64,000 nucleotides of DNA, taken from the NCBI GenBank assembly GCA_009783355.1, contig WRHH01000004.1, forward strand, positions 32,852 to 96,851, given 5' to 3'. The DNA comes from Synergistaceae bacterium (GTDB lineage Bacteria > Synergistota > Synergistia > Synergistales > Aminobacteriaceae). A model generated the notes under the pieces. The model made no database searches, had not been told where the DNA came from, and worked only from the letters and a program-made list of their open reading frames with translations. Positions 1 through 10,259 of this stretch are shown piece after piece (position 1 is the stretch's first letter; each line of letters begins with the position of its first letter). The position numbers and the translations under genes were made by a program.

Positions 1-619
1 ATAATATTGTAAGGTTAAACTTACGGCGTATCTCGGATATCAGGTCAACGAGCGACAAAGTCTCTTCCGGGTTCATCCCGGCCGCAGGCTCGTCGAGCAG
101 CAACAGTTTCGGCGAAGCCGCTATCGCCCTTGCTATTTCCAGTTTTCTCTGCAATCCGTATGGCAGCGTTCCCGCTACCCTATTCGCTTCGTTCGAAAGT
201 CCCATAGCCGAAAGCACCGACATCGCCTCCTCCTTCGCTTCCCGCTCTATTCTGCGCGCGCTGCCGAGCCTGACGAGAGCCGAGACTATACTGCATTCTT
301 TGCGCTGTAATATAGGAGTAAGCACATTTTCAAGGCAAGTTGAGCGCTTGAAGAGGCGTATGTTCTGAAACGTCCTGGATATTCCTGTTTTCACTATTAT
401 ATCGGGTCGCAGTCCCGTGCAGTTGCGCGAGTCGAACGTAATCTCTCCGCAGGTCGGTTTGTATACTCCGGTTATAAGGTTAAAAACTGTGGTTTTTCCC
501 GCTCCGTTGGGGCCAATTATTCCAGTCACGAGACCGGTTTTCGCCTCAAAAGACAAGGAGTCGACGGCGTTAATTCCGCCAAAATTACGGGAGAGTTCCT
601 TCACTTCAAGAAGTTCCAT
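1..619 (-). CDS. livG: Branched-chain amino acid ABC transporter ATP-binding protein (LivG-like). The 5' part is present; the 3' end runs off the window.
   Basis: Minus-strand translation from ATG at 619 reads MELLEVKELSRNFGGINAVDSLSFEAKTGLVTGIIGPNGAGKTT (Walker A), then LSGGQ-like and LLLDEPAAGMNPEE. The start lies 1 bp after the livM stop. Confidence 0.8.
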   Translation of the reverse strand, partial: MELLEVKELSRNFGGINAVDSLSFEAKTGLVTGIIGPNGAGKTTVFNLITGVYKPTCGEITFDSRNCTGLRPDIIVKTGISRTFQNIRLFKRSTCLENVLTPILQRKECSIVSALVRLGSARRIEREAKEEAMSVLSAMGLSNEANRVAGTLPYGLQRKLEIARAIAASPKLLLLDEPAAGMNPEETLSLVDLISEIRRKFNLTIL

Positions 620-620
620 A

Positions 621-1493
621 TCAGTTCTTTCCCCCTTTTTCCCTGCGTTTGAAAATAACGAAAAAGTCGGTCAGTTCCCTGTAACCCATAAGCCCCTGCG
701 GGCGGTGTATCATTATGAGCACAAGAAGGAGCCCGTAAGCCGGTAACCGCCACATTTCGAGCCAACGCAGAATCTCTGGCAGCGACATAAACACTAATGA
801 AACTATAGCCGGCCCGCTCAGGCTACCCATACCACCCGCTATGACTGTGGCAAGAAGTTGTGTTGATTGAACTAACATAAACATGTCGGGTTTAATAAAA
901 GAGAAGTAATGAGCCAGCAACCCGCCGGACAGTCCGCAAAAAGCCGCGCTTAATACAAGCGATAAAAGCCGTGTTCGGAAAAGGTTGACTCCGCTCATCT
1001 CCGCCGCGATGCTGTCCTCCCTTATCGCTATACAGGCGGCGCCGTATCTGGACTTGAGAAAGTTACTCGCGGTGAACAGCACTGCTACGAGCGAAAAAAG
1101 CAAAACTATGGGTGTGGTATGCACCTCCAAACCCAAGCCCCTTGCCCCATTTGTGATGTCGAGGTTATCCAGTGTCACCCGTAGCGCCTCACCAAATCCT
1201 AGGGTAGCTATCGCGAAATAATCGCTACGTAGTTTTGCGCGCAGGGTGGGAATTCCTATTATCAGGCTTGCAACGGTAGCACCAGCCATTCCAGCCAAAA
1301 GCGCAACATAATAATTGGTATACTCGTAATATGTGAGGATTCCAGATATATACGCCCCTATTCCCACGAACGCGGCGTGTCCGAGCGAAAAAAGCCCGGT
1401 AAATCCCGTAAAAATCGAAAGCCCCGTGACGGCTATAATGTTTATGCCCACGATCATAAATATATGAGTTATGTATGGGATATAGGCGCTCAA
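621..1493 (-). CDS. livM: Branched-chain amino acid ABC transporter permease (LivM-like)
   Basis: 290-aa polytopic membrane ORF. Its position between livH and livG is the typical HAAT permease layout. Confidence 0.75.
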   Translation of the reverse strand: MSAYIPYITHIFMIVGINIIAVTGLSIFTGFTGLFSLGHAAFVGIGAYISGILTYYEYTNYYVALLAGMAGATVASLIIGIPTLRAKLRSDYFAIATLGFGEALRVTLDNLDITNGARGLGLEVHTTPIVLLFSLVAVLFTASNFLKSRYGAACIAIREDSIAAEMSGVNLFRTRLLSLVLSAAFCGLSGGLLAHYFSFIKPDMFMLVQSTQLLATVIAGGMGSLSGPAIVSLVFMSLPEILRWLEMWRLPAYGLLLVLIMIHRPQGLMGYRELTDFFVIFKRREKGGKN

Positions 1494-2419
1494 ACTTTTT
1501 CCTCCGTCTCATGCCCGAGCAGTCCGTTCGGAAGCCATATGAGCAGGGCTATAAGGAGTGTGAAAGTGTACACGTCACGCCACACGCTGGAAATGTAAGC
1601 CGAAACGAAAGTCTCAAGCACTCCCAGTATGAGCCCCCCGATGAACGCGCCGGGAAGGCTGCCAAGCCCTCCTATGACGGCGGCAATATATGCTTTGTTG
1701 GTAATTGAGCCCATTGTTGGTTGCACGTAATACTTTATCCCGAGATATACTCCGGCTAACCCTGCGAAAGCCCCCGCGAGAAAGAAGACGACTGCTATAA
1801 GTCGATTTGTGTTCACTCCCATTAGGGAACACATTGTAAGATCGTCCACTCCTGCGCGTATTGCAATTCCAGTTCTCGTCTTCATTATGAATATGTGGAG
1901 GGCGTAAATCGAAAGCAGCGATATAACAAACGCCGCTAGGTCCAGTAAACTCAAAGTGATTCCCGCTATTTCGATCACACTATGTTCGGCTGCAAGACCG
2001 AGAAAGCTTATGATGTTTCTCACGATATCCAACACTTGATTTGTAATCTTATCCGGAAATGGATATGGTTTCGCTCCTATTGTCGCGTATACCATATTTT
2101 CAAGAAAGACTGCACAGCCCATGGCGCTTATCATAAGATAAAGCGAAGGCGCCCTCCTCTGGCGGAGCGCGCGGTAAGCGAGCCGCTCGTTGAGCACCGC
2201 AAGGACGCCTGCGCCCGCTATTGCTCCTGAAAGCACGAGGCCCAACCCGAGGTTCAATTTTGCGGCCAATCCGAGCCCCATATACGCTCCAAGCATAATA
2301 ACTGCTCCATGAGCAAAGTTACTGAACGATAACACGCTGAATACAAGCGAATATCCCACGGCCATCAGGGCATAAATTCCTCCGATGGACAGCCCTGTGA
2401 CAAGAGTTTGTAAAAACAA
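1490..2419 (-). CDS. livH: Branched-chain amino acid ABC transporter permease (LivH-like)
   Basis: 309-aa hydrophobic ORF overlapping livM by 4 bp. BPD transporter pattern. Confidence 0.75.
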   Translation of the reverse strand: MFLQTLVTGLSIGGIYALMAVGYSLVFSVLSFSNFAHGAVIMLGAYMGLGLAAKLNLGLGLVLSGAIAGAGVLAVLNERLAYRALRQRRAPSLYLMISAMGCAVFLENMVYATIGAKPYPFPDKITNQVLDIVRNIISFLGLAAEHSVIEIAGITLSLLDLAAFVISLLSIYALHIFIMKTRTGIAIRAGVDDLTMCSLMGVNTNRLIAVVFFLAGAFAGLAGVYLGIKYYVQPTMGSITNKAYIAAVIGGLGSLPGAFIGGLILGVLETFVSAYISSVWRDVYTFTLLIALLIWLPNGLLGHETEEKV

Positions 2420-2500
2420 AACGACAACTCCAATACAATAGTGTTTATAAATATAACGTTGTTATTATGCCACCAAGCGTTACAAATTACAAATTATAAA

Positions 2501-2962
2501 TTATCCAAACAACACAAGATACACGTTCATTTCATTCTCGTTTAAGAATTCATTTATTGTCGTCTCCGCGACATTCATCGCTTCATCTTTTGGATATCCG
2601 AAAATTCCCGATGAAATCAAAGGAAACGCTATCGATTCCAGATTATGCTTTTTTGCAAGCAGCAGCGAATTCCTGTAACAATTCCTGAGCAGTGTTTCTT
2701 CTCCATGTCCTCCGCCATGCCAAACCGGCCCGACGGTATGAATAATATGCTTTGCGGGAAGATTATAGCCTTTTGTTATCACAGCTTCTCCTGTCTTGCA
2801 TTCGCCTATTTTGTCGCATTCGCGTTGAAGTTCGTCCGCTCCGGCAGCAGCAAAAATGGCGCCGCATACGCCGCCTCCGCGTTTCAAGGCCTCGTTGGCT
2901 GCGTTCACTATAGCGTCGGTCTTTAGTTTCGTTATATCCCCTTTTATTATTTCAAACGGCAC
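2501..2962 (-). CDS. Macro domain protein (O-acetyl-ADP-ribose deacetylase, YmdB-like)
   Basis: 153 aa. Motifs [21 protein letters not shown] and [14 protein letters not shown] are diagnostic of macro domains. Confidence 0.8.
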   Translation of the reverse strand: MPFEIIKGDITKLKTDAIVNAANEALKRGGGVCGAIFAAAGADELQRECDKIGECKTGEAVITKGYNLPAKHIIHTVGPVWHGGGHGEETLLRNCYRNSLLLAKKHNLESIAFPLISSGIFGYPKDEAMNVAETTINEFLNENEMNVYLVLFG

Positions 2963-2998
2963 AAAATCTCCCTCCTTTTGGAAAAAAGCTGCGGAGGA

Positions 2999-3184
2999 CT
3001 AATGCCCGCAGCCTGAACAACCTGAGCAATTACCGCCGCATGATTTTGAGGACTTAAGAGAAGCCCCTTCAATCAAAATAAGCGTCTTGCCTCTGCATTC
3101 AGGACACCTTATGGATAGTTGACATTCCGGTTGTTCAAATACGGCGCTGCATAGAGCGCACTTAAATACACGTTTTTCTCCCAT
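2999..3184 (-). CDS. FmdB-family-like zinc-ribbon protein with a Cys/Gly-rich tail
   Basis: 61 aa. CxxC..CPxC (FKCALC...CPEC) and a C-terminal CGGNCSGCSGCGH. Confidence 0.5.
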   Translation of the reverse strand: MGEKRVFKCALCSAVFEQPECQLSIRCPECRGKTLILIEGASLKSSKSCGGNCSGCSGCGH

Positions 3185-3201
3185 TCAAACTCCTCCATTG
3201 A

Positions 3202-4152
3202 TCATTGTATCGTCGCTACCATCACAGCCTTTATAGTGTGCATCCTGTTTTCGGCTTCGTCGAAAACTTTCGAGGCGGAAGATTCGAATACTTCTTCTGT
3301 TACTTCGTTTCCTTTCTCCGCTGGGAGGCAGTGTAAAAATATAGTATCGCCGCGACCGGTTGCGCTCATTAAATCCGTGTTCACCTGATATGGTCTTAAA
3401 AGTTTTACCCTTTTCTCCTTCTCGGCTTCCTCCCCCATTGACGCCCAAACATCTGCGTAAATTGCATCAGCGCCTTTTACTGCTTCTTTGGGATCATCGT
3501 AAACTTCTATGGCGCCTCCGCTTACTTCACAAAGCGCTTTACAGTCTGCAAGTATTTTTGGATCCGGGAACAAGCTCTTTGGCGATCCTACTGTATAGTG
3601 CATTCCAAGCTTTGAGCAGCCTATCATGAGGGCGTTTGACATGTTATTGCGTCCGTCTCCGACATAAGCGAGACGCACTCCTTTGAGGTTTTTACCGCTT
3701 GGAAGGCACTCCTGAAGCGTAAGGAAATCAGCCAATACCTGAGTAGGGTGATCCACGTCCGTCAATCCGTTCCATACAGGGACTCCCGACCATTGCGCGA
3801 GTTCTTCAACCATTGATTGTTTGAATCCTCTGAACTCGATTCCGTCAAACATTCTGCCCAGGACTCTTGCAGTATCCTTTACGTCTTCCTTGCCTCCAAG
3901 GTGAATATCATTTTTCCCCAGAAATTCCGGGTGTGCTCCTTCATCGACACATGCCACCACGAAAGCGCAACGTGTGCGCGTGGACGCTTTTTCAAAAAGC
4001 AGCGCTATGTTTTTGCCTTCAAGGAGGTTTCCGCGCGCGCCCGCGCGCTTTTTCGCCTTGAGATCGGCCGCGAGATCGAGAAGGTAAAGTATTTCTTCGG
4101 CGGAAAAATCCATTAACGTTAAAAAACTCTTTCCCTTAAGGTTGACTGGCAT
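3202..4152 (-). CDS. argF: Ornithine carbamoyltransferase
   Basis: STRTR carbamoyl-phosphate binding motif, HCLP motif, and SMG and DVW regions. Start at MPVNLKG, with a GGAGG RBS 9 nt upstream. The ORF-track M at 4194 is probably an upstream in-frame extension. Confidence 0.85.
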   Translation of the reverse strand: MPVNLKGKSFLTLMDFSAEEILYLLDLAADLKAKKRAGARGNLLEGKNIALLFEKASTRTRCAFVVACVDEGAHPEFLGKNDIHLGGKEDVKDTARVLGRMFDGIEFRGFKQSMVEELAQWSGVPVWNGLTDVDHPTQVLADFLTLQECLPSGKNLKGVRLAYVGDGRNNMSNALMIGCSKLGMHYTVGSPKSLFPDPKILADCKALCEVSGGAIEVYDDPKEAVKGADAIYADVWASMGEEAEKEKRVKLLRPYQVNTDLMSATGRGDTIFLHCLPAEKGNEVTEEVFESSASKVFDEAENRMHTIKAVMVATIQ

Positions 4153-4399
4153 TATTAGACCTCCATTTTCAATAATAACTGAATAATATCCCAAAAATGA
4201 CGCTTAGTCCAGAGAAGTCTTTGTATTCTCTGGCTATTCAGGGGAGAGCAATCGCGCGTTATCTGCATTTACGGCAATGCTTGTAAAATGATACAACTTA
4301 CTAAGCTGTTATAATCTTCATCCGATAAATATACTGCAATGAATGTGTTTTTTATATTGATCCACAGTAAAAAAAAACGATTGGTGGCGCTGATCATAA

Positions 4400-5221
4400 A
4401 TGAAAAATAAGAAACTCAATTACAGTGACTGCATTGAAATAGCTGAAGAAGTCTATTGGGTGGGTCTTTTTGATGAAACTGCTCCCATCACTAACAATCC
4501 ATATCTGATAGTGGATAATAAAGAGGCGGTTCTAATAGACGGAGGCAATCGGAATGAATTCAGCACGGTGATGTTAAAGATACTGCGCACAGGGGTCAAT
4601 CCGAAGAATATAACGAGGCTTATCTATCAGCATTACGACCCGGATTTGTGCGGAAGCCTTCCGCACATGGAAGAGGTAATCGGCAGCAAGGAACTGAAAA
4701 TCATATCTCATTACGAGAACAATGCCTTCATCAATTGTTATTCGTCAAAGACACCTAAACTGTGTATCGAAGATCTGAATTTCCGCTTCGATTTCTCAAG
4801 CGGGAGGCGCCTTGAATTTATCCGTACTCCTTATGCCCATACAGCCGGAAACTTTATTACTTATGACACAAAGACAAAGGTACTGTTCAGCAGCGATATA
4901 TTTGGAGGATTCGATTCCGATTGGAGCCTGTACACCCGGATTTTTGAACAGTGTGCAAGCTGCAGCCCGCTAAATATCTGCCCGGTTACTAATAGATTCT
5001 GTCAAATTAATGGTATTTGGGAATTCCACAAACGTGTTATGCCCTCGGTTAGAGCTTTACATTACGCTCTCAAACTGATAGAGGAAAAGGATGTATCGTT
5101 GATTGCGCCGCAGCATGGAAGTATTTTTCCAACTGATATAACCCAAGAAATAGTCATTGAGCAGTTAAGGTCACTAACAAAATTGGGAATTGATTATTTT
5201 CTTGAGAATAACGAATCATGA
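4400..5221 (+). CDS. Metallo-beta-lactamase-fold protein (flavodiiron-protein-like MBL domain only) with a Cys-rich insert
   Basis: 273 aa. HxHxD-like YQHYDPDLCGSLPH motif, the AHTAGN region typical of FprA/ROO MBL domains, and a CASCSPLNICPVTNRFC cluster. No flavodoxin domain. Confidence 0.6.
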   Translation: MKNKKLNYSDCIEIAEEVYWVGLFDETAPITNNPYLIVDNKEAVLIDGGNRNEFSTVMLKILRTGVNPKNITRLIYQHYDPDLCGSLPHMEEVIGSKELKIISHYENNAFINCYSSKTPKLCIEDLNFRFDFSSGRRLEFIRTPYAHTAGNFITYDTKTKVLFSSDIFGGFDSDWSLYTRIFEQCASCSPLNICPVTNRFCQINGIWEFHKRVMPSVRALHYALKLIEEKDVSLIAPQHGSIFPTDITQEIVIEQLRSLTKLGIDYFLENNES

Positions 5222-6099
5222 AGGACTTCATAGAGCTTTTTTCAGTATTGGATTCTGAACTGATAAAGACGCAAGCGGAAGAACATTCAAAGGTTGTGTT
5301 TGATTATTTTGCGGATCAGGTCGATAACAGTTTACAGAATGCCTTGGTTTCCGAACTGATTGTGAGATATGCGGATATGTCAAAACAATTGGAGGATAAG
5401 AACAAAACGCTTAGAAGATACAATGAGCATTTGGAAGAAATAGTCCAGGAAAAAGTAAATGAAATATCAGCTTCGCAGATTGCAACCATACACGCTCTTG
5501 TAAAGGCGGCCGAAACGCGTGATGACGATACAGGCGCTCATATTGAACGAACATCATTGTACTGTAGGGTATTGGCGGAAAAATTACGGGAAGCGGGAAT
5601 GTATAAAAGTATCATGAACGACGCTTTTGCCGAAAACATAGCAAGAGCCAGCCCCTTGCATGACATAGGCAAGATAGGAATAAGGGACTCGATTTTGCTA
5701 AAACCTGGCCCGTTGACAAGCGAAGAATTTGAGATAATGAAAACACATGTTATCATAGGACATGATACGCTTTCCAGCGTAGTAAAGATGCACCCGGGAA
5801 ACATGTTTCTGAAATTCGGTCTGGAAATCTCAATGTATCATCACGAAAAATGGGATGGTAGCGGGTATATGTACGGACGTTCCAAGGAGGATATTCCGCT
5901 GTCGGCTCGTATTATGGCTGTATCGGACGTGTACGACGCGTTACGGTCAAAGCGCGTATATAAAGAAGCTTATTCTCACGAGAAGACTATCAGTATCATT
6001 TCCGATGGAAGCGGATATGGTTTTGATCCTGCCCTGATTGAAGTTTTTCTAAGGCATAATCTATTATTTCGCGATATTTATAATAAATTATCCGGATAA
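5218..6099 (+). CDS. HD-GYP domain phosphodiesterase
   Basis: HDIGKIGI and HHEKWDGSGY (HD-GYP signature). N-terminal coiled-coil region of about 95 aa. Start overlaps the upstream stop (ATGA). Confidence 0.8.
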   Translation: MKDFIELFSVLDSELIKTQAEEHSKVVFDYFADQVDNSLQNALVSELIVRYADMSKQLEDKNKTLRRYNEHLEEIVQEKVNEISASQIATIHALVKAAETRDDDTGAHIERTSLYCRVLAEKLREAGMYKSIMNDAFAENIARASPLHDIGKIGIRDSILLKPGPLTSEEFEIMKTHVIIGHDTLSSVVKMHPGNMFLKFGLEISMYHHEKWDGSGYMYGRSKEDIPLSARIMAVSDVYDALRSKRVYKEAYSHEKTISIISDGSGYGFDPALIEVFLRHNLLFRDIYNKLSG

Positions 6100-6104
6100 T
6101 AAGG

Positions 6105-8240
6105 TCATACCGACAGAGAAAGCAGGTTACGGTAGGTCGGATACGGCCAAATTTCGTCCGAGACAATCAATTCAGCGGCGTCGCATACGGCGCGTATTGA
6201 ATTCATCAGTGGTATAACTTCATTCATAAGTAACGCAGCGCGTTCTCGCGCGCCGAGTACCGCCATCTTTTCTTTTAACGCCGAGAGTTTTTTAGCGTCA
6301 ACTATGAGAGCGGCCTTGAAACAGCCAATGTCGTGAATGTAATTTTTCAACGGCGCCGATTCTAAGAAGCCGATGCCGTCCAGCGCAGAGAGTGAGTTAC
6401 TCTCAAGGATGAGCTGTTTCGATATGGCGGGTATAATTCCCTCCCAGAGCATAGCGTGCAGTATTGACATCTCAATTTCAAACGCCCGCTCGAAGGAATC
6501 CATGCGTATATCGCACAATGTCTCAAGTTCAGATCCTTTATAAACACCCAAGTGTTCAAGCATTTCCCTATTCTTCGGCAGGAGGAAAAGATCAATCTTT
6601 TCAGGCATGCTTTCTGCCTGAATCAGCCCTCTGCGTCTTGCCTCAGCTTGCCATTCGCTTGTATAGGCGTCGCCTTCAAACAAAACGTCTCTGCCGCGCT
6701 TAACCGCTTCATTCACTGCATCTAACGCAACGTCGATGGGCTCCATGCCATTTGTTGCCCGCGCTTCAATCATCTCCGTTATTTGTTCAAGCCCCCAAGC
6801 CCAAATGGAAGCGAACATTGTCACAGGAAGCGCAATGGATTGTGAAGCGCCCGGCGCTCGGAATTCAAATTTATCTCCCGTGAAGGCGATTGGCGACGTC
6901 CTGTTGCGATCACTGTCAAATGGCGTGAGTTCAGGCAATTTGGATAGGCCGATATTCAATTGACCTTTTTCGGGCATCGTCAGGCCGGATTTGTCTATCC
7001 GCATTAAAAGCTCCGTCAGCGTCTGCCCTAGATAAATACTCATGATGCTTGGAGGCGCCTCGTGTCCGCCCAGGCGCAACAAGTTCCCCGCCGTGGCGAT
7101 GCTTGCCTGCAATAAACTGTGGTACTCCGATACGCCCAACACAAGCCCGGCAATGAATGTAAGGAAGACGGCGTTCCGCCTGTGGTTGTTCGAAGCTTTA
7201 AGAAGATTTCGCCCCTCGTTGTCCATCAGAGATATGTTTATGTGTTTCCCGCTGCCGTTCATTTCGGCAAAAGGTTTTTCATGGAATAATAGACGTAGCT
7301 CATGCTTACGCGCCAGTTTCCGCATCGTTTCCATGAGGATCTGGTTTTGGTCGCACGCCATGTTGGCATCGGAGTAAAGCGGCGCGAACTCGAACTGACA
7401 ACGCGCGGATTCATTATGCCGCGTCATGACCGGCACGCCCAACTGCGCAAGGTCGCGTCCCACGTCATCCATATAATCGAGAACTCTCGGAGGGATTGCT
7501 CCCATGTAATGATGGTCAAGTTTTTGATCTTTAGCGGGTTTGGCGCCTATTAAGGTGCGCCCGCAGAATCGGATATCCGGCCTCAATTGCGCGCGCGGCC
7601 GATCTAAAAGGAAGTATTCCTGTTCTGCGCCTATAGTCAGTTTGACGCTATGTACTCCACGTTGCCCTAAGAGTTTCAGCAATTTCAGGGAACGTTCTTC
7701 TATCGCTGACAGTGCGCGAAGCAGGGGAATTTTATGATCTAGCGGGGTGCCGTCATAAGAGAGGAAAACTGATGGAATACAGAGTGTTCCGCCCTTTTCA
7801 GTTTTTACGATGAACGCGGGGCTGGTTGGATCCCACGCGCTGTAACCGCGCGCTTCGAACGTAGAGCGCCTCCCGCCCGAAGGAAAGGAAGAAGCGTCCG
7901 GGTCGCCCTGAACCAGATCTTTTCCGCGAAAAACGTCTATGGGTGTCCCATCCGGCGATGGAAGGGTGAACGATAAATGTTTTTCAGCCGTAAGCTCCGT
8001 CATGGGATGGAACCAGTGTGCCCAATGCGTTGCTCCCTTGCTGAGCGCCCAGTCCTTCATTGCTGTTGCGACTATGTCCGAAAGTGAGGCGTCCAAAGCA
8101 TGTCCGTCTTCTATTGCCGAAATAAGACGCTCGTAAACATCACTGTTTAATTTTTCCCGCATGACTTTACGGTCGAATACCAGTGAACTAAAAATATCTC
8201 TCATTTTTGGATAACTTTGATTTTGCAACATAATGAACAC
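6105..8240 (-). CDS. glnA: Glutamine synthetase type III
   Basis: 711 aa, the characteristic GSIII length. N-terminal FDRKVMREKL...DVYERLI and the central NESARCQFEFAP region resemble GlnN/GSIII. Confidence 0.75.
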   Translation of the reverse strand: MFIMLQNQSYPKMRDIFSSLVFDRKVMREKLNSDVYERLISAIEDGHALDASLSDIVATAMKDWALSKGATHWAHWFHPMTELTAEKHLSFTLPSPDGTPIDVFRGKDLVQGDPDASSFPSGGRRSTFEARGYSAWDPTSPAFIVKTEKGGTLCIPSVFLSYDGTPLDHKIPLLRALSAIEERSLKLLKLLGQRGVHSVKLTIGAEQEYFLLDRPRAQLRPDIRFCGRTLIGAKPAKDQKLDHHYMGAIPPRVLDYMDDVGRDLAQLGVPVMTRHNESARCQFEFAPLYSDANMACDQNQILMETMRKLARKHELRLLFHEKPFAEMNGSGKHINISLMDNEGRNLLKASNNHRRNAVFLTFIAGLVLGVSEYHSLLQASIATAGNLLRLGGHEAPPSIMSIYLGQTLTELLMRIDKSGLTMPEKGQLNIGLSKLPELTPFDSDRNRTSPIAFTGDKFEFRAPGASQSIALPVTMFASIWAWGLEQITEMIEARATNGMEPIDVALDAVNEAVKRGRDVLFEGDAYTSEWQAEARRRGLIQAESMPEKIDLFLLPKNREMLEHLGVYKGSELETLCDIRMDSFERAFEIEMSILHAMLWEGIIPAISKQLILESNSLSALDGIGFLESAPLKNYIHDIGCFKAALIVDAKKLSALKEKMAVLGARERAALLMNEVIPLMNSIRAVCDAAELIVSDEIWPYPTYRNLLSLSV

Positions 8241-8316
8241 CTCGTAAAATACAATTATGCAATATGCTTGTATTTTAAAGCAAAATATATGACATAATCA
8301 AGCGTTTATATCAGTG

Positions 8317-8330
8317 TAATGTTATCATTA
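8317..8330. promoter_or_regulatory. Putative Fur-family (Zur) box upstream of znuC
   Basis: TAATGttatCATTA palindrome resembling Fur/Zur box half-sites, about 30 bp upstream of a TAGTATAAT -10 at 8357-8365. Confidence 0.35.
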
Positions 8331-8428
8331 TGCTATTCCGCGATTCTTATAAAAATTAGTATAATTTGGAATACGGTAAGTTGTCTGGCGAATCATGAGT
8401 TGCGTGTTGCTCTACCCGCTGAATACAA

Positions 8429-9130
8429 ATGAATATTAATATCCATATATTGGAGCTGGTTTTTTTGGATTGTGTCGTCGAGTTTAATGATGTCAGCTTT
8501 GCTTATGAAAAGGAATATATCCTTCGTGATGTCACGTTTTGTATCCCGCAGGGCGAGTTTGCTGTCGTCATAGGGCCTAATGGAGGAGGAAAAAGCACTC
8601 TTTTAAAAGTTTTACTTGGGCTCATTCCCATAAAGAAAGGGAGCGTCTCCATGTTCGGAACCGCTCCGCTGCAAGGCGGCTCTCGTGTAGGCTACGTTCC
8701 GCAGGATGCGAACCTCAACAGGAAGCTGCCCGTAATGGTCAAAGAGGTTGTGCAGATGGGACAGCTTCCGAAGGCTGGAAAGAGCATGGATGAAAAAATA
8801 GTTCGCGAATCTCTCGCGCGTTTTGGCCTTTGGGAATTAAGGAATACACGGATAGGGGCGCTATCTCAAGGGCAGAGACAGCGAGTGCTTTTAGCGAGGG
8901 CGCTTGCCGCAAAACCGGACTTGCTTGTGCTTGACGAACCATGCGCGAGCCTTGACGCGGAAGGGCATGAGCTTCTTTCGGGCGTGTTATCGGAACTCTC
9001 AAAAGCAATCACGATAATTATTGTGAGTCACGATTTACTTCTCGTGTCCGGCCTTTCAACAGCGATGATAAGGGTAAACAGAAGCGTGACTTACCACAAG
9101 GATGCCGGTTTGAGAGCTGGTATGAGGTAA
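8429..9130 (+). CDS. znuC: Metal (zinc/manganese) ABC transporter ATP-binding protein
   Basis: Walker A GPNGGGKST, LSQGQRQRV signature, LLVLDEP Walker B. The real start may be TTG at 8465, which has GGAG 9 nt upstream. Confidence 0.8.
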   Translation: MNINIHILELVFLDCVVEFNDVSFAYEKEYILRDVTFCIPQGEFAVVIGPNGGGKSTLLKVLLGLIPIKKGSVSMFGTAPLQGGSRVGYVPQDANLNRKLPVMVKEVVQMGQLPKAGKSMDEKIVRESLARFGLWELRNTRIGALSQGQRQRVLLARALAAKPDLLVLDEPCASLDAEGHELLSGVLSELSKAITIIIVSHDLLLVSGLSTAMIRVNRSVTYHKDAGLRAGMR

Positions 9131-9134
9131 AGAG

Positions 9135-9950
9135 ATGGCGGAACTCACAAATATACTTCAATATCAATTCATGCAAAACGCCATAATCGTATGTCTATTG
9201 GCAAGCATCCTGTGCGGCGTGATAGGCGTAGTAGTGGTCGTGAAGAGGATGGTCATTATCGCGGGGGGAGTAGCACACGGGGCGTACGGCGGGCTTGGGC
9301 TCGCAGTGCTGCTTGGAATATCCCCACAAATAGGTATATTGGGGTTTGCCCTCTTGTTGTCAATTATAATGGCGGCGATAACAGCCGACGATATTGGGAG
9401 GGCGGACACGGTCATCGGAGTGCTTTGGGCCTCAGGAATGGCTCTTGGAATAATTTTTATCGATATCGCAAAAGGTTACACGGCGGACTTGATGAGCTAT
9501 CTTTTCGGGAGCTTGCTCGTCGTTTCAAAAGCGGATATGGTCACAACGGCGTTCTTCGCATTTCTGTCCGTCATATTGTTTCTGCGCTTTCGCAGCCAAA
9601 TTGTCGCTTTCATATATGACAAGGATTTTGCCAGAATTAGAGGAGTCAACGTTACTGCTATTCATTACATCATGACGGTAGTGATATCGCTTTCCACAGT
9701 GGTATTGATACAGGTAGCGGGACTGATACTTGTCATTGCCTTGCTCACTATACCCGCTCACATCGCCGAGCGTTATTCCCGCTCGCTCGGCGGAATGATG
9801 ATAATTTCGGGCGCGTTGTGCGCCGTTTTCTCTTTCGCTGGGCTTGCATTGGCATGGAAATACAACATCACAGCCGGCGCCGGCATAGTTCTTACGGCGG
9901 CTGCAGTATACGGGATTGTACAGTTGATATCAGGGAGAATAACGTTATAA
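9135..9950 (+). CDS. znuB: Metal ABC transporter permease (ZnuB-like)
   Basis: 271-aa polytopic protein immediately after znuC. ABC-3 family pattern. Confidence 0.75.
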   Translation: MAELTNILQYQFMQNAIIVCLLASILCGVIGVVVVVKRMVIIAGGVAHGAYGGLGLAVLLGISPQIGILGFALLLSIIMAAITADDIGRADTVIGVLWASGMALGIIFIDIAKGYTADLMSYLFGSLLVVSKADMVTTAFFAFLSVILFLRFRSQIVAFIYDKDFARIRGVNVTAIHYIMTVVISLSTVVLIQVAGLILVIALLTIPAHIAERYSRSLGGMMIISGALCAVFSFAGLALAWKYNITAGAGIVLTAAAVYGIVQLISGRITL

Positions 9951-10007
9951 TCCTTTCTTATGGTATACTGCTTCTGATGCCAAGGAGAAACGGGAGGTGC
10001 TTTTTAT

Positions 10008-10259
10008 ATGTTATCACTCAAGGAACAAGCTATAGAGTTTATTAGGGCAATACCGGACAATAAACTCGTTTATATTATGGATGTGTTTGACGGCATAAAA
10101 GGGCTTTTGGATGATACGAGCGACACTCAGAAAGCTCCATTGGAAGAAACACTGCCATCCGCAATGGGTATTTTTAGAAAATATGCAAATCCAAGTTTAG
10201 TTCCATATGAGAAAGACGCTTGGGGCAATGCGTTGAAGGATAAATATGTTAATTATTGA
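10008..10259 (+). CDS. Putative antitoxin (VapB-like) of a PIN toxin
   Basis: 83-aa ORF overlapping the PIN gene by 14 bp. Confidence 0.5.
   Translation: MLSLKEQAIEFIRAIPDNKLVYIMDVFDGIKGLLDDTSDTQKAPLEETLPSAMGIFRKYANPSLVPYEKDAWGNALKDKYVNY

Noticed and set aside
4153-4194. ORF-track start of argF at 4194 (MGYYSVIIENGGLI...)
   Set aside because: The internal Met at 4152 has a GGAGG RBS and aligns with the canonical OTC N-terminus. The upstream extension is probably not translated.
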